Made by a program: the position numbers and the translations under genes
Source: Blastocatellia bacterium
GTDB lineage: Bacteria; Acidobacteriota; Blastocatellia; UBA7656
NCBI GenBank assembly: GCA_963765495.1
Contig: CAVXWP010000007.1
Span: 672,001 to 736,000 of the forward strand
DNA: 64,000 nt
Direction: 5' to 3'
In this document: positions 44,195 through 57,200 of the stretch, piece after piece
Layout of the letters: each line of letters opens with the position of its first letter
How positions within the stretch are numbered: position 1 is the stretch's first letter
The notes under the pieces: model-generated
Told to the model about the DNA's origin: nothing
Database searches by the model: none
What the model saw: the letters and a program-made list of their open reading frames with translations, nothing else

Positions 44195-46594
44195 TTACTC
44201 GTATCGGAGCGCAATGCCTGGGTCTATTTTTGTCGTTCTTCTTGCGGCAATATAGTTAGAAATCAATGCCACTGTCATCACTAATGACGAGATAGTACCA
44301 AACGTCATAGGATCGGTTGTACCGACCCCGTAAAGTAAACTTGATATGAAACGAGTAAAAATCAACGCGCCGGCTAAACCTATTGCTACACCTATGAGAA
44401 CCAGCGCCAAACCTTGTCCTAGTACAAGTCTTATCACATCTTTCGGCTGAGCACCGAGGGCGAGACGTATACCTATTTCATGTGTACGCTGTGTGACATG
44501 ATATGACATCACTCCGTAAATCCCCACTGATGCAAGACACAAAGCAAGAATTGCAAATATGGTGAGCACTAAAGTATAGAATCGAGTATCGGCCATCCCT
44601 TCTGCCAATACTGATTCCATAGTGTTGATGCCTTCAATAGGTTGATCTTTATCAATTGCCCAAACTGCTTCTTGAACAGAGGCAGCTACCCCCAATGGAT
44701 TGGAGGCGGTTCGTATTACAAGGTTTGCAGCATTGGATGGATCTTGCGTTAGTGGAACGTATACAGCGGGCTCTGGTTGTTCGGACAAGCGAGAGTGTCT
44801 TACATCTTCTACTATGCCAATAATTTCTGCTCCTGAATTGATTGGCAGGCGTTTCCCAATGGGATTTTTATCGGAAAACAGTTTGCGTGCCAGAGATTCG
44901 TTTATCACTACAACATGAGGGCTGTTCTCTTCATCCTGTTGCGTGAAATATCTTCCCTTCAGAAGTGATATGCTCATCGTTTGAAAGTAATTTTTATCAA
45001 CAACCCTATAGCGTGCTGAATTTGAAGACGCTTCTCCCTCAAGCGAGAAGGATTGAAGATAATCTGGCCCTCTCATAGGTATTGAAGACGCTAGGCTCGC
45101 CTGCTCGACTCCTGGAAGTTGCGTTATTCGATCAAGTAATTCCCGATAAAACGGCAGCCTCTGCTCCTCTGTGTACTTATACCAGGGCAGAGTAATTTGC
45201 ATCGTAAGGACATTCTTAGGATTAAATCCGAGAGAGACATTTTGAAGGCGCAAAAGACTACTAATCATCAGACCTGCGCTTATGAGTAAAACGAGCGCCA
45301 GTGCAATTTCAGAGATTACGAGTAGACGACGAACCTGAAGTGTGTGTAGTCCTGTCGTTGAACTCCTGGTACTGTCTTTAATTGATTGACTCAAATCGAC
45401 CCTCGACGCACGCAGTGCAGGTGCTAATCCAAAGCCTATGGCTGATAGACCTGAGACAATGAGTGTAAATACAATCATCCTAATATCCAGGCCAAATGAA
45501 GCACTATGAAAAAGATTAGGGGGAAGAATTTTGACAGACAGGTTCAGTGTCCAACTGGCTAATATCAGACCTAAGACACCACCAATGAATGCAAGAAGCA
45601 AACTCTCAATAAGAAGTTGACGAATCAATGTGGTTCGGCTAGCCCCAAGCGCAACCCGGATCGCAAATTCTTTTGACCGTTCTGTGTTTCTTGCTAGGAC
45701 TATGTTAGCTACATTTATACAAGCAATCAGCAATACCAACAGGACCGCTGCCATTAGAATATAGAATGCTGTCTGCCTGCTGCCAAAGATCTCATCCCGC
45801 AGGGAAGTTATTAGGATGCCGCTATCAGCATCCGTATCTGGATGTTCTTGCTCCAGGTTTTGAGCAAGAGTGTTCATTGCTTCCTGAGCCTGTCGTAGGT
45901 TAACTCCCGGTTTTAGGCGGGCTATCGTTTTATAGGCTACTATCTGGCGATTGTTGCGCCCTTCGGGGAAAGTAAGCGGAACCCATAAATCACTGCCAAG
46001 AGGATTCTTAATGTCAAGCAGCGGCGGCATAATACCGACCACAGTGTATGCTTCACCGTTAAGTCCTAATGCATGACCTAAGATATTTGGGTTTGCCCCG
46101 AACCGACGCTTCCACAATTCATTACTCAGCAAAACTATATGACCCTGATCATTTAGTTCATCTTCCGGCAAAAAAGCTCGGCCATGAGCAGCCTCGATGC
46201 CCAACAAACTAAAGAAATTCACAGTTATCCCAGTGCCAAGAACACGTTCGGGGATATCCCCTCCCGTAAGATTAAATCTGACTCGCTTTGAAGTAGCAGC
46301 GTCCTCATAAGCCGCAATGTCTTCGAAAACCTGATTGCTGTCCCGCCAATCAAAAAAAACGCCGGGGGCGGTTAGGGTCTTATCTGATTTATTGCGAGAA
46401 GTCCTCCAAAGCATCACTAGTCTTTCGGGGTTATTGTAAGGCAATGGGCTGAACAAAACCTGGTTTGTCAGGCTAAATAATGCGCTGTTTATGCCGATAC
46501 CAAGCATAAGCGTCAAAACGGCAACAGTATTAATCCCCGGATTCTTGATAAGCATTCGCCAGGCATATCGCAAATCATTTAATAGCGGTTCCAT
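44195..46594 (-). CDS. ADOP-family (MacB/FtsX-like, duplicated) ABC permease
   Basis: DLRYAWRML.KNPG, LLIACINVANI, EFAIRVALGASR, EIALALVLL, QRTHEIGIRLALGA, ALRYE. Confidence 0.93.
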   Translation of the reverse strand: MEPLLNDLRYAWRMLIKNPGINTVAVLTLMLGIGINSALFSLTNQVLFSPLPYNNPERLVMLWRTSRNKSDKTLTAPGVFFDWRDSNQVFEDIAAYEDAATSKRVRFNLTGGDIPERVLGTGITVNFFSLLGIEAAHGRAFLPEDELNDQGHIVLLSNELWKRRFGANPNILGHALGLNGEAYTVVGIMPPLLDIKNPLGSDLWVPLTFPEGRNNRQIVAYKTIARLKPGVNLRQAQEAMNTLAQNLEQEHPDTDADSGILITSLRDEIFGSRQTAFYILMAAVLLVLLIACINVANIVLARNTERSKEFAIRVALGASRTTLIRQLLIESLLLAFIGGVLGLILASWTLNLSVKILPPNLFHSASFGLDIRMIVFTLIVSGLSAIGFGLAPALRASRVDLSQSIKDSTRSSTTGLHTLQVRRLLVISEIALALVLLISAGLMISSLLRLQNVSLGFNPKNVLTMQITLPWYKYTEEQRLPFYRELLDRITQLPGVEQASLASSIPMRGPDYLQSFSLEGEASSNSARYRVVDKNYFQTMSISLLKGRYFTQQDEENSPHVVVINESLARKLFSDKNPIGKRLPINSGAEIIGIVEDVRHSRLSEQPEPAVYVPLTQDPSNAANLVIRTASNPLGVAASVQEAVWAIDKDQPIEGINTMESVLAEGMADTRFYTLVLTIFAILALCLASVGIYGVMSYHVTQRTHEIGIRLALGAQPKDVIRLVLGQGLALVLIGVAIGLAGALIFTRFISSLLYGVGTTDPMTFGTISSLVMTVALISNYIAARRTTKIDPGIALRYE

Positions 46595-46761
46595 AGAACT
46601 AATTAATCTCATCCTTTTAGCATACTGGAAATTAAATTCTTTGGGCCTGATCAATTTGAGATTCCAAATCTCAAATTCCGAGCGCATCGCAACTCATGTG
46701 CAGCGAAATATCAAGCAACTTACTTTCCAATGTAATTAGTGGCTAACAAAAAGTACCATAC

Positions 46762-47439
46762 CTATTTTTGTGGGGAGGATTGTTCCTCACATTCATCACA
46801 GTATATCTTATCATTTACTTTTCTCTCTGTATCAATAATACCTGGCATTTGGATATTGAAGTAATCTTCAACTTCCTTCTGCATAGACTCCTGATATGCA
46901 CCAACCCAATTTTTGAGGACCTCTCCATCCGGAGATACGACTATCGTCTGGGGCGTCCCGCCTAATTTATAAGCCTGTATAGTTGTAATTGGAAGATCAG
47001 TAATAACTGGAAAATCAAGATCGTGCTGGGTTACATATTCTTTGAGCTGATCTGTGGAGAGAGACAACCCTACGAAGTCGAATTTTTCGTGTAATTCATT
47101 AGCAAGAGTTTGGACATTTTGCAGATTTTTATAACACCATTTGCATTGCGGAGTAAACACATACAAGATCAAAGGTTTTCGCCTTCCATCATAAGCTATG
47201 GTTACAGTGTTACCATCCAAATTCTTTGCTGAGATCGCCGGGACCTTCTCCCCAATCTTAAGAGAACTCTCTCCTTTGATATATATCAGACTGTCCGTTA
47301 GTTCTCTTACTTTTGAAGCAAGGAAAATGTTAAGACAGGCAGAAATTGATAGAAGGACTGTCAGAATTAATATGCTTGATGGCATCCGCTGTTTTCTTGA
47401 AGAAATACTGGCACAGTCTATCTCAGTAGTTGCTTTCAT
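46762..47439 (-). CDS. Membrane-anchored TlpA/redoxin family thiol-disulfide oxidoreductase
   Basis: N-terminal TM, FTPQCKWC, GTPQTIVV cis-Pro motif, extra C-terminal CDEC. Confidence 0.88.
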   Translation of the reverse strand: MKATTEIDCASISSRKQRMPSSILILTVLLSISACLNIFLASKVRELTDSLIYIKGESSLKIGEKVPAISAKNLDGNTVTIAYDGRRKPLILYVFTPQCKWCYKNLQNVQTLANELHEKFDFVGLSLSTDQLKEYVTQHDLDFPVITDLPITTIQAYKLGGTPQTIVVSPDGEVLKNWVGAYQESMQKEVEDYFNIQMPGIIDTERKVNDKIYCDECEEQSSPQK

Positions 47440-47684
47440 TACTAATCACTCCCTCATCTATAAAGAATGCCTCCTAACCTCTTATGTATTTGTAAAGCTG
47501 CTATACTTAGCTGAAAGATTTCGGGGGCTCGGATTTGCAAAATTCTACCTCTGATTTTCGATTGAGAACCAGAGAAAGCTGGCAGTCCATAACAGGGTTA
47601 TGATAAGCAGATAAACCTACCTTCTGTATAATCTCAAACAACTGCTTTCTCAAACTCTATGTGATGGACCACCAGCAAATAGGC

Positions 47685-47921
47685 TCAGTTACCACCTCCC
47701 GGTTTACAGTAATTGGGCCTATCTGTAGTGCAGTCTGCCAGACCTCCGCTTGGCTGGTAGCAAAGCATGGTGCCTGGACAATCCGATGATACACTACAAC
47801 AAGTGCCACCCGGTGCGGGTACATTTGCCCATGTTGGGACAATGGTCAGTTGCCCGACTGCATAAATCATTGCTATCACAGCGAAGATATAAAGAAGCAA
47901 AAGCCTCGTAGGTTTCTTCAT
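47685..47921 (-). CDS. Secreted cysteine-rich peptide (6 Cys)
   Basis: AAAGGAGG 9 nt before ATG 47921; Sec-type signal followed by CC-x5-C-x5-C-x9-C-x7-C. Confidence 0.8.
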   Translation of the reverse strand: MKKPTRLLLLYIFAVIAMIYAVGQLTIVPTWANVPAPGGTCCSVSSDCPGTMLCYQPSGGLADCTTDRPNYCKPGGGN

Positions 47922-48588
47922 ACAATACATCCTCCTTTAGTTTGTAGTGTTAACTGTTTGCATACTCTGTTGATATTGTAACTATCGACAGGGTTACAAA
48001 AGACCGAAGATTTTCAGCACTGGTTTTGGGAATCCCAAAGCAAAAATCTTTTAATTGTTGATTCAGCTAATCTTTTGTACCGACATACTAAATTAATGAG
48101 GTGTTGGGGCACCATTCAAAGACTACCATGAGTGCTTTTGACTACTCCTTCAAAAGCAGCAGGACTATATTTCGCATTACTATTTTTGTCAAGAAATAAT
48201 CTTTAATATCGTGATTTTTATGTGCAGTTATTTTTTTATTTCTATTTGCATTACAAAATCGAAAGGAGTTATTTCCAGATTGGCATAAACCCAAATGAAA
48301 TCCTTTTTTGGTGAAAGCCTAAGCATAAGAGTTATCAGTGAAGCAAGGAACAAGAATGTATCTTATTGTTTGCTGCAACTGGCACACTATAGGCACACAA
48401 AAGCTGGAAGGTATACTTTTAGACATCCTTTAAACTATTCAAAACACACATAAATAAATACGATTTGAGGAAAATGTTGGGCGACCTGGGAAGCCGCCCG
48501 ATTTCTAAGTGGAGGGAAATAAACCTGAGTTCCAAGAGGTCGTTTTCGAACTATCTATGAGTGCAATCTGTGGCTTCGCGTAATGCGA

Positions 48589-49263
48589 TTATCTCGTTAC
48601 CGGAGCGATCAGCCCAAACTTCAATGCGGCCTGTTTGGGATCGAGGATCGGATGATAAGTCTTTCCGTACGCTCCTACGATCTTATCTACATAATCCTGA
48701 GTCTCTTTATAATCGGGAACCTGATTGCCGCATCGCTTTACGGCGTTTTCGCCCGCGTTATAGCCTGCAAGCGCCAGCTTTACGTCGCCGTTGAATTCCT
48801 TGAGCAGCCAGCGCAGATAGCGCGCACCGCCCTGAATATTCTGCTCCGGGTCGTAAGGGTTTTCCACGTCAAACCTTTCGGCAGTGGCCGGGATTATTTG
48901 CATGAGCCCCTGCGCATTCTTTCCCGAACGAGCCGAAGTCTTGAAATTCGATTCCTGTTGAATCACGTAGTAAAGCAGTCGCGGGTCAACCCCGTTGTCT
49001 GCGCCTGCTTCATAAATTATCCTGTCAATCTCGGCATCGCCGCTCGAAGGTAAACCGGCTACTGTCTCTACAGTGTTTGCGCTTGCCGTAGGCGCTTCCG
49101 CTCTTCCATAAAGCGATAAGACTGCCATAAAGACCAATGATACTAGGGTAAAAGTTAAAACTGCCTTCACCCGTCTGCTCGAAGCACTAATTCTAATCAA
49201 TTGCATTCCCCTTAAAACCCCTTGCTCGTTCTTTGCACTGGTTTTTTGCTTTTTGAATCTCAT
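48589..49263 (-). CDS. Lytic transglycosylase (SLT domain)
   Basis: VIQQESNF, AQGLMQI, ALAGYNAGE, ETQDYV; start uncertain. Confidence 0.93.
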   Translation of the reverse strand: MRFKKQKTSAKNEQGVLRGMQLIRISASSRRVKAVLTFTLVSLVFMAVLSLYGRAEAPTASANTVETVAGLPSSGDAEIDRIIYEAGADNGVDPRLLYYVIQQESNFKTSARSGKNAQGLMQIIPATAERFDVENPYDPEQNIQGGARYLRWLLKEFNGDVKLALAGYNAGENAVKRCGNQVPDYKETQDYVDKIVGAYGKTYHPILDPKQAALKFGLIAPVTR

Positions 49264-49523
49264 TAACGATACTTGCCAATTTCTAACCTGAAAACGATGC
49301 TTGCCAATTACAACCTAACCCGCTATGAATAATACTATGGACCCTCGCGCATATCAATATATCTCCAATGATTACAACGATTTCGCAAGATTCGGCGCAA
49401 TAGTTTCACAAGATATTTGCACCCCTTTTCAACTCCCCGAAGCGAAGTCCCTCAAATGAAAGCGATTAAATGTTGTGAACCGGTTGCGACCAAACGCGCC
49501 TCTTCATATAATCGCCAGCAAAT

Positions 49524-50159
49524 ATGCGAGAGGATTCCACAAAAGATGCGCGCGATGAGAAAAAAAGCGCAAAAACGGATCGCTCGAAGGTGTGGACGAC
49601 GGCAAACGCTCTGACGATGTTCAGGATATTTTTGACCTTGCCGTTTCTCTATTTTGTTCGCGAGGGGAGATTCGGGCTGGCACTCGGGGTCTTTTTTCTT
49701 GCGAGCATAACGGATTTCGCCGACGGGTATGTAGCCCGCAATTTCAATCAGCAATCGGCGCTCGGGCAAATGCTCGACCCGCTCGCGGATAAATTACTGA
49801 CTACTGCGGCTTTCATAATAATGGCCATCCCCCATAGAGGATTCCCCTCCATCCCCGTCTGGATGTCGGTCGCCGTCATCCTGCGAGATGTGCTGATTCT
49901 TCTGGGAACGCTGATGGTCTATTTGATGACCGGCTATAAAGAGTTCAAGCCGACCTTTTCAGGCAAAGTAAATACCTTCCTTGAACTTGGACTCATAGTC
50001 TTCTTTCTGGCCTTTCACACTACCGGAATGTTTATCTTTCTTTTGCCCCTATGTTATCTGATAGTCCTTGCCTCGGTGGTCGTATCCGGGGCCGGATACG
50101 TCAAACAGGGGATCGAAATCTTTCGAAAAACCCGAAACCAGATCCCTTCTAACCTCTAA
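49524..50159 (+). CDS. CDP-alcohol phosphatidyltransferase family protein
   Basis: NALTMFR, TDFADGYVAR...LGQMLDPLADK. Confidence 0.93.
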   Translation: MREDSTKDARDEKKSAKTDRSKVWTTANALTMFRIFLTLPFLYFVREGRFGLALGVFFLASITDFADGYVARNFNQQSALGQMLDPLADKLLTTAAFIIMAIPHRGFPSIPVWMSVAVILRDVLILLGTLMVYLMTGYKEFKPTFSGKVNTFLELGLIVFFLAFHTTGMFIFLLPLCYLIVLASVVVSGAGYVKQGIEIFRKTRNQIPSNL

Positions 50160-50161
50160 AA

Positions 50162-50242
50162 TGATGCGTGATACAAGCAGGTTTGCAAGTTGTCTTTTAC
50201 AGATAACCTCCCTGAGAGACACGAATCACTGATCACGTATCA
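50162..50242. repeat. Degenerate GTGATGC-family element
   Basis: TGATGCGTGATA...ATCACTGATCACGTATCA; 18-nt core is the reverse complement of 40458-40475. Confidence 0.7.
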
Positions 50243-50269
50243 ATATTTGATGCCTTGTTTGATAAAAAA

Positions 50270-50299
50270 CTTGACAATAAGACGCTCAGATATTACTAT
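50270..50299 (+). promoter_or_regulatory. dnaK promoter with overlapping degenerate HAIR-like operator
   Basis: TTGACA 50271-50276, 17 nt, TACTAT 50294-50299; CTTGAca-N7-gCTCAga versus HAIR consensus CTTGAGT-N7-ACTCAAG. Confidence 0.65.
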
Positions 50300-50314
50300 A
50301 AAACCGATCTTTAG

Positions 50315-52240
<1,926 letters not shown>

Positions 52241-52244
52241 GAGC

Positions 52245-52329
52245 CAGGGGTCGGGGGCCGGGGGCCGGTGAATCGGTTGCAATATGCGCCGTTTCCCCGC
52301 AGACCCCGACCCCCGACCCCCGACCCCTG
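52245..52329. repeat. Heptamer (GGGGTCG/CGACCCC) inverted-repeat element
   Basis: CAGGGGTCGGGGGCCGGGGGCCGG...CCGACCCCCGACCCCCGACCCCTG. Confidence 0.9.
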
Positions 52330-52331
52330 TT

Positions 52332-53321
52332 ATGGCAAACACCGACTATTACAAACTGCTTGGAGTGTCGCGCAAGGCGAAGGCCGAAGATATAAAGAAG
52401 GCTTATCGCAGGCTTGCGCGCCGCTACCACCCTGATGTAAATCCGGGCGACACGGAATCCGAAGAGCAGTTTAAGCGCATTTCCGAAGCGTTTGAGGTGC
52501 TTTCGGACCCGAAAAAGCGCGAGATTTACGACCGCTACGGATATTATTCCGAACAGGCGGCGGGCGCGGGAGGCGGGGCAGGTGCCCCGTTTGATTTTTC
52601 GCGATTCGATGCCTCAAATTTTCGGGATGTATTCTCAGAGATCTTCAGCAATATCCGCTCGCAAACCACGCAGACCCGCACTCAGGCGGCGCGTGGAGCC
52701 GATATAGAATATCCGCTGGCCGTCTCTTTTGATGACGCGATGCATGGTCTGACCGCCACAGTCGAGGTTGCACGCAGCGAGCCTTGCGCGGTTTGCGGCG
52801 GCAAGGGCGATCTTTCCGGCAGCCTTTGCGGCGCTTGCAGAGGCTCAGGCGTGTATCCCAAACGCGAAACCCTTTCTGTGAAAATCCCGGCAGGCGTTGA
52901 TACGGGCTCGCGCATACGTGTTCCGGGTAAGGGGCAGGCCGGAGCGCACGGCGGCCCGGCGGGCGATCTTTTCATAATAACCAACGTGAGCGCGCACGCT
53001 TATTTCAAGCGTCAGGGCGATAACATTTATTGCACGGTTCCAATCACGGTTCCCGAAGCCGCGCTCGGAGCCAGAATCGAAGTCCCGACGGTGGACGGAA
53101 AAGCGCGGTTAAAGATACCGCCCGGCACTCAATCCGGGCAGAAGTTTCGATTGCGCGAGCGCGGCGCTTGGAGCCTGCGCGGCGGCGGCGTTCGCGGCGA
53201 CCAGTTTGTAGAAGTAAAGGTCACTTTGCCAAAGGTCATAAGCGAAGAGACCAAAGAACTGTTACAACGTTACGCCCGGTATAATCCTGAGAATCCGCGA
53301 GCCGAGATGGGGCTCGAGTAA
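52332..53321 (+). CDS. dnaJ: DnaJ family co-chaperone with a single zinc finger (two CxxCxGxG repeats)
   Basis: [36 protein letters not shown]. Confidence 0.9.
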   Translation: MANTDYYKLLGVSRKAKAEDIKKAYRRLARRYHPDVNPGDTESEEQFKRISEAFEVLSDPKKREIYDRYGYYSEQAAGAGGGAGAPFDFSRFDASNFRDVFSEIFSNIRSQTTQTRTQAARGADIEYPLAVSFDDAMHGLTATVEVARSEPCAVCGGKGDLSGSLCGACRGSGVYPKRETLSVKIPAGVDTGSRIRVPGKGQAGAHGGPAGDLFIITNVSAHAYFKRQGDNIYCTVPITVPEAALGARIEVPTVDGKARLKIPPGTQSGQKFRLRERGAWSLRGGGVRGDQFVEVKVTLPKVISEETKELLQRYARYNPENPRAEMGLE

Positions 53322-53341
53322 GAGCGGACGGACGGTAGATT

Positions 53342-53629
53342 ATGGGACAGTTGATCCCGTGGCTGGTTGTTTTTGCTTTGATAGGATTCGCGTTATGGGC
53401 GCTCATTCGTGAAAATAATGCCAAACGCCGCCGGTCGGTTGACGAATTTGAGCGCGATGTTGCCAGGGCGAAAAAATCTTTGTTGCGCGGAGGGCTGCTG
53501 GCGCTTGATATGTTCTTTAACGAACGGCAAAAACGCGCCGCGATAGAGTACCGAATGGATGAGGAAGCCGGAAGGACAAAGACAGGCGGTAAGGATGACG
53601 ACCGAGATCGAACCAGTGTTCAGGAATAA
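53342..53629 (+). CDS. Small single-pass membrane protein
   Basis: N-terminal TM; TAATG coupling to the next gene. Confidence 0.75.
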   Translation: MGQLIPWLVVFALIGFALWALIRENNAKRRRSVDEFERDVARAKKSLLRGGLLALDMFFNERQKRAAIEYRMDEEAGRTKTGGKDDDRDRTSVQE

Positions 53630-54021
53630 TGGTTAAGAGTAAAAAGGCAAAAAAATATACTATAAGCGTAGTGGCCGAACAGTACGACGTCCACCCGCAG
53701 ACGCTTCGCCTGTACGAGCGTGAAGGGTTGATAAAGCCCGCGCGTTCGGCCAAAGGTACGCGCTATTACACCGAAGAAAACATCGAGCGGCTTGAGTTGA
53801 TACTAAACCTCACGCGCGATCTGGGCGTAAATCTGGCCGGGGTTGAGATCATACTCAACATGCGCGAACGGATGAATCAGATGCAGCGCGAATTCGAAAA
53901 CTTCCTTCAATACGTCCGCGATAACATAGAAGAAGAGATATTCGGCAAAGACGAGCGAGCAAAAAACGCTCTTGTACCGCGCCGTCGAATCGACCTGATC
54001 ATGAAGAACAGTAGGCAGTAG
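53629..54021 (+). CDS. hspR: HspR-like MerR-family heat-shock repressor
   Basis: YTISVVAE...HPQTLRLYEREGLIKP, LTRDLGVNLAGVEIIL; located in the dnaK operon. Confidence 0.85.
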   Translation: MVKSKKAKKYTISVVAEQYDVHPQTLRLYEREGLIKPARSAKGTRYYTEENIERLELILNLTRDLGVNLAGVEIILNMRERMNQMQREFENFLQYVRDNIEEEIFGKDERAKNALVPRRRIDLIMKNSRQ

Positions 54022-54179
54022 GCAGTAAGCAGTAGGCAGTTATTTTGAAGCCAAGAACTAATCCGCGTAAATCCGCCCAATCCGCGTCATCCGTGGCCTA
54101 TTCCCAATGTTCTAATTTGGCATTTGGATAGAGAGCGATGTGTTCCCTTAAAAACTGCCTACTGCCTACCGCTTACTGC
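54009..54179. repeat. Heptamer (CAGTAGG/CCTACTG) inverted-repeat element with a nested second repeat family
   Basis: CAGTAGGCAGTAGGCAGTAAGCAGTAGGCAGT...ACTGCCTACTGCCTACCGCTTACTGC; loop contains 54061-54102. Confidence 0.88.
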
Positions 54180-54268
54180 ATTATTCCCCACTCGTTTGGC
54201 GTCTATCTCATTAGTGAAATTCTACTAAACCCCAGGTAAATCCCAATCAGTTTTATCGGAGGTGTCTT

Positions 54269-57200
54269 ATGACGCCTGTCTCTCTATTCTGCAAATCTGT
54301 GTTCCTCTTTTGTGTCTCCCTCACTTGCTTCGGATCTGCTGTTCCCACCCATTCAGATGATCTGGATAATATCGTCTTTGAAGGCGCAGTCCGCGACGGC
54401 AACGGCTCGGTGATCGAACAGGCCGTGGTCCTTGCCCGTCACCTTACCACAGGCATCGAGCGTTCATCCGTCACTGATGCGGAAGGCCGCTATCGTATAG
54501 TCGTGACAGAACCCGGCAATTACAGGTTGAAGGTCACAGCCGATGGGTTCACACAAAAAGAAAGCTCCGATATCGCTGTCACGACCGGGCGCTCCGTTTC
54601 AATAAATTTCACACTCGCGCCGTCCGGGGTCAGCGAGCAGGTTACGGTAGAGGCTTCCACCGCCGCTTTGATTGATACTACTCGCACGGTCGTCGGCGAT
54701 ACCGTAACAAGGGCCGAGATTGATTCCTTGCCGCTAATAAATCGCGACCCTCTCGATCTGGTTTTTCTGCTTGGAGGGGTGAGTGAAGCGCCTCTGTCCA
54801 CATCGAATCTGGCCGATGAGGGCCGGGGAGTCTTTCTTCGCAACGCGCCAGAAGAAGCAGGGATATTTTCGCTTACTGGAGCGCCCGCCACGTCCAATAA
54901 CATCACCATTGATGGGCTTGATAACAACGACGACCGCGCCGCGCGTGAAAGGATTCCGCTCGATCCCGAGACTATCGCCGAAGTTCAAATCATTACAAAT
55001 CAGTACGCGGCAGAATACGGACGCGCTTCCGGGGGCCGTATAAACATAAGAACGCGGGGAGGCGCAAATCGCTATCGTGGCGAATCGCTGATGTTTTTTG
55101 CAGACGAATCGCTGAACGCCAATACCTATTTTCGAAATGCCCGAGGGTTTGGGCGTGTGCCTCAACAGAGGCTCAGAGAGAGCTTGAATTTTTCGGGCCC
55201 TCTCAAAAGAGATAAACATTTCTTCTTTGCAAACTTCGAGCGGCTCGACGTGAGCGACTTTACCGAAATCCGAACCTTTGTGCCTGTCGAAAGCAATCCT
55301 CTCTTCCCGCTGCCTTCGCCCAATCATCCGATTGAGCCGGGCAGTCTCGTGGGACTCCTTGATTACGCTATATCGACGCCGGAAACCAGAAATCTCGTCG
55401 GCGTGCGTACTGATTTCAACTTCGATCAATCTCATAACGCTACGATCAGGTTTGACATACTTCGCGGCGCAAATCTTAGAGGCTTTCCCGGCGGGTCACG
55501 GCTTGCAGAAACCGCGCTTGTGCAAGGGAGAGATTCCGATTCAATCGGTGCAAGCGACAACCTGATACTTTCAAGCAGGTTGATAAATCAGGCTAGGTTT
55601 CAGTTTTCAAGACTGCTTCCGCGCGTTAGCGCCGACAGTGATCTGGTAGGAGTCGTGATCGAAGAACCGAGTCGTATCGTCGCGGGCTCGTTCACCGGCA
55701 GCGCCTCTTCGCCCGGTTTCGCGAGAGAAGAGAAGCGAATTCAATTGCAGGATACCCTCTCGATTACGAGCGGCGCTCATCAGGTAAAGACGGGGGGAGA
55801 TATTCAGTTGTTGCGAGCTACTTTCACGGACCTGTTTGCCACAGGAGGCGAATTCACATTTGAGACGCTTGACGATTTTCTGGTCAACCGCCCCGCTCGA
55901 TTCAGGCAGAGATTCGATACCGAAAGCCGTCAAAAGAATAACGTCATCGGGCTATTTGTTCAGGATGAGTGGCGCGTGAGACCTGATCTGACTGTTTCAC
56001 TCGGCATTCGCTGGGATGATGAGACGATATTAAATGACCGTGACAACCTCAGTCCGCGCATCGGCATAGCCTGGGACCCGCTTGGTGGCAAACTCGCGGG
56101 AAACCGGGCGGGGAAGACGGTCTTGCGCGCAGGTCTTGGATTGTTTTACAACCGCGCTCTGCTCAGAACCCTGGACGATTTTTCGCTTGGCAAAACGTCT
56201 GTCCTGATTGATTCCGATATTACGCCCGCACTCTTGCCCGACGTCGATTTTCCCGAACCCGTCACGAACCGCGCTCTTGTCGAAGAGTTTGGTATAAGGG
56301 AGACCTCATTCCTGCGCCGCGTGAGCCCTGACATTGAAATTCCTTACACTCTGCAATCCGGGTTTGGCTTCGAGCGCCAACTAAAGGGCCGAGTGGTCGT
56401 CACCGCTGATTATATCTTTACCCGTGGCGCGCACCTCTGGAGAGAGAGCAACATCAACGCTCCGGTGCTGCCCGCCGGGTTCGAGAGTTTTACCGAATAC
56501 TTACTCGGCCGTGATTTTGATAATCGAAGAGATGTAAATGGTCGCCGACCTGTTTCGGGCGCGAATGCCGATGTAGTCCGTTTCGACCTCGGCGCAAGTA
56601 CCTCAACTACGCCCGGGTCAATTCGCACCGTGAATGGAGTGCGATTGCTGACGCTCGGGTTGAACGTGCCGCGCTCATCGAATATCGCGGCCGCGCTCAA
56701 CGCGATTCGTTTCCTGCGACCCGACCCGACGCTCACTCAGGTGGAGTTGCTCGAAGCTACCGGCAACTCCTTTTATCACGGCAGCATTTTTGCCGTGAGA
56801 GGCGCGATGGGGCATCTGGCCCGGTTTCGTGCCTCCTACACGTTGTCAAAGCTCATTGACGAAGGGACCACGAACACGGCATCGCCACAGGACCTATCAG
56901 ACCGGCGAGCGGAACGCGCTTTATCGCTTCAGGACCAGCGCCATAGATTTACCGTCAGCGGCTCTCTTCAAATCCCTCTGATGAGAGTCGAGCTTGCGCC
57001 GGTCGTATCGTTCGGATCGTCGAAGCCGTTCAACATAGGCTCAGGAGTAGACCGAAACCTCAACGATATTCAAAATGACCGGCCCAACTTTATCTCTGCA
57101 ATCAGTCCTCCGCTATGGAGACGTCCGGGAAGTGAAACGGCTGAGGATGTGAAATCTGCGCTTATACTCGCGCCAATCGGGACGAGCGGAAACCTGCCGC

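Larger units (their letters stand above)
44009..48492. mobile_element. AT-rich integrated islet with att-like direct repeats, no integrase
   Basis: GGGCAGCCTGGGAA (44009-44022) / GGGCGACCTGGGAA (48479-48492); internal TGGCACACTAT[T/A]GGCACACAA at 44150-44170 and 48380-48400; visibly lower GC. Confidence 0.7.

Noticed and set aside
52284-52331. Upstream dnaJ start ([16 protein letters not shown])
   Set aside because: It translates the repeat arm; J-domain similarity begins at ATG 52332
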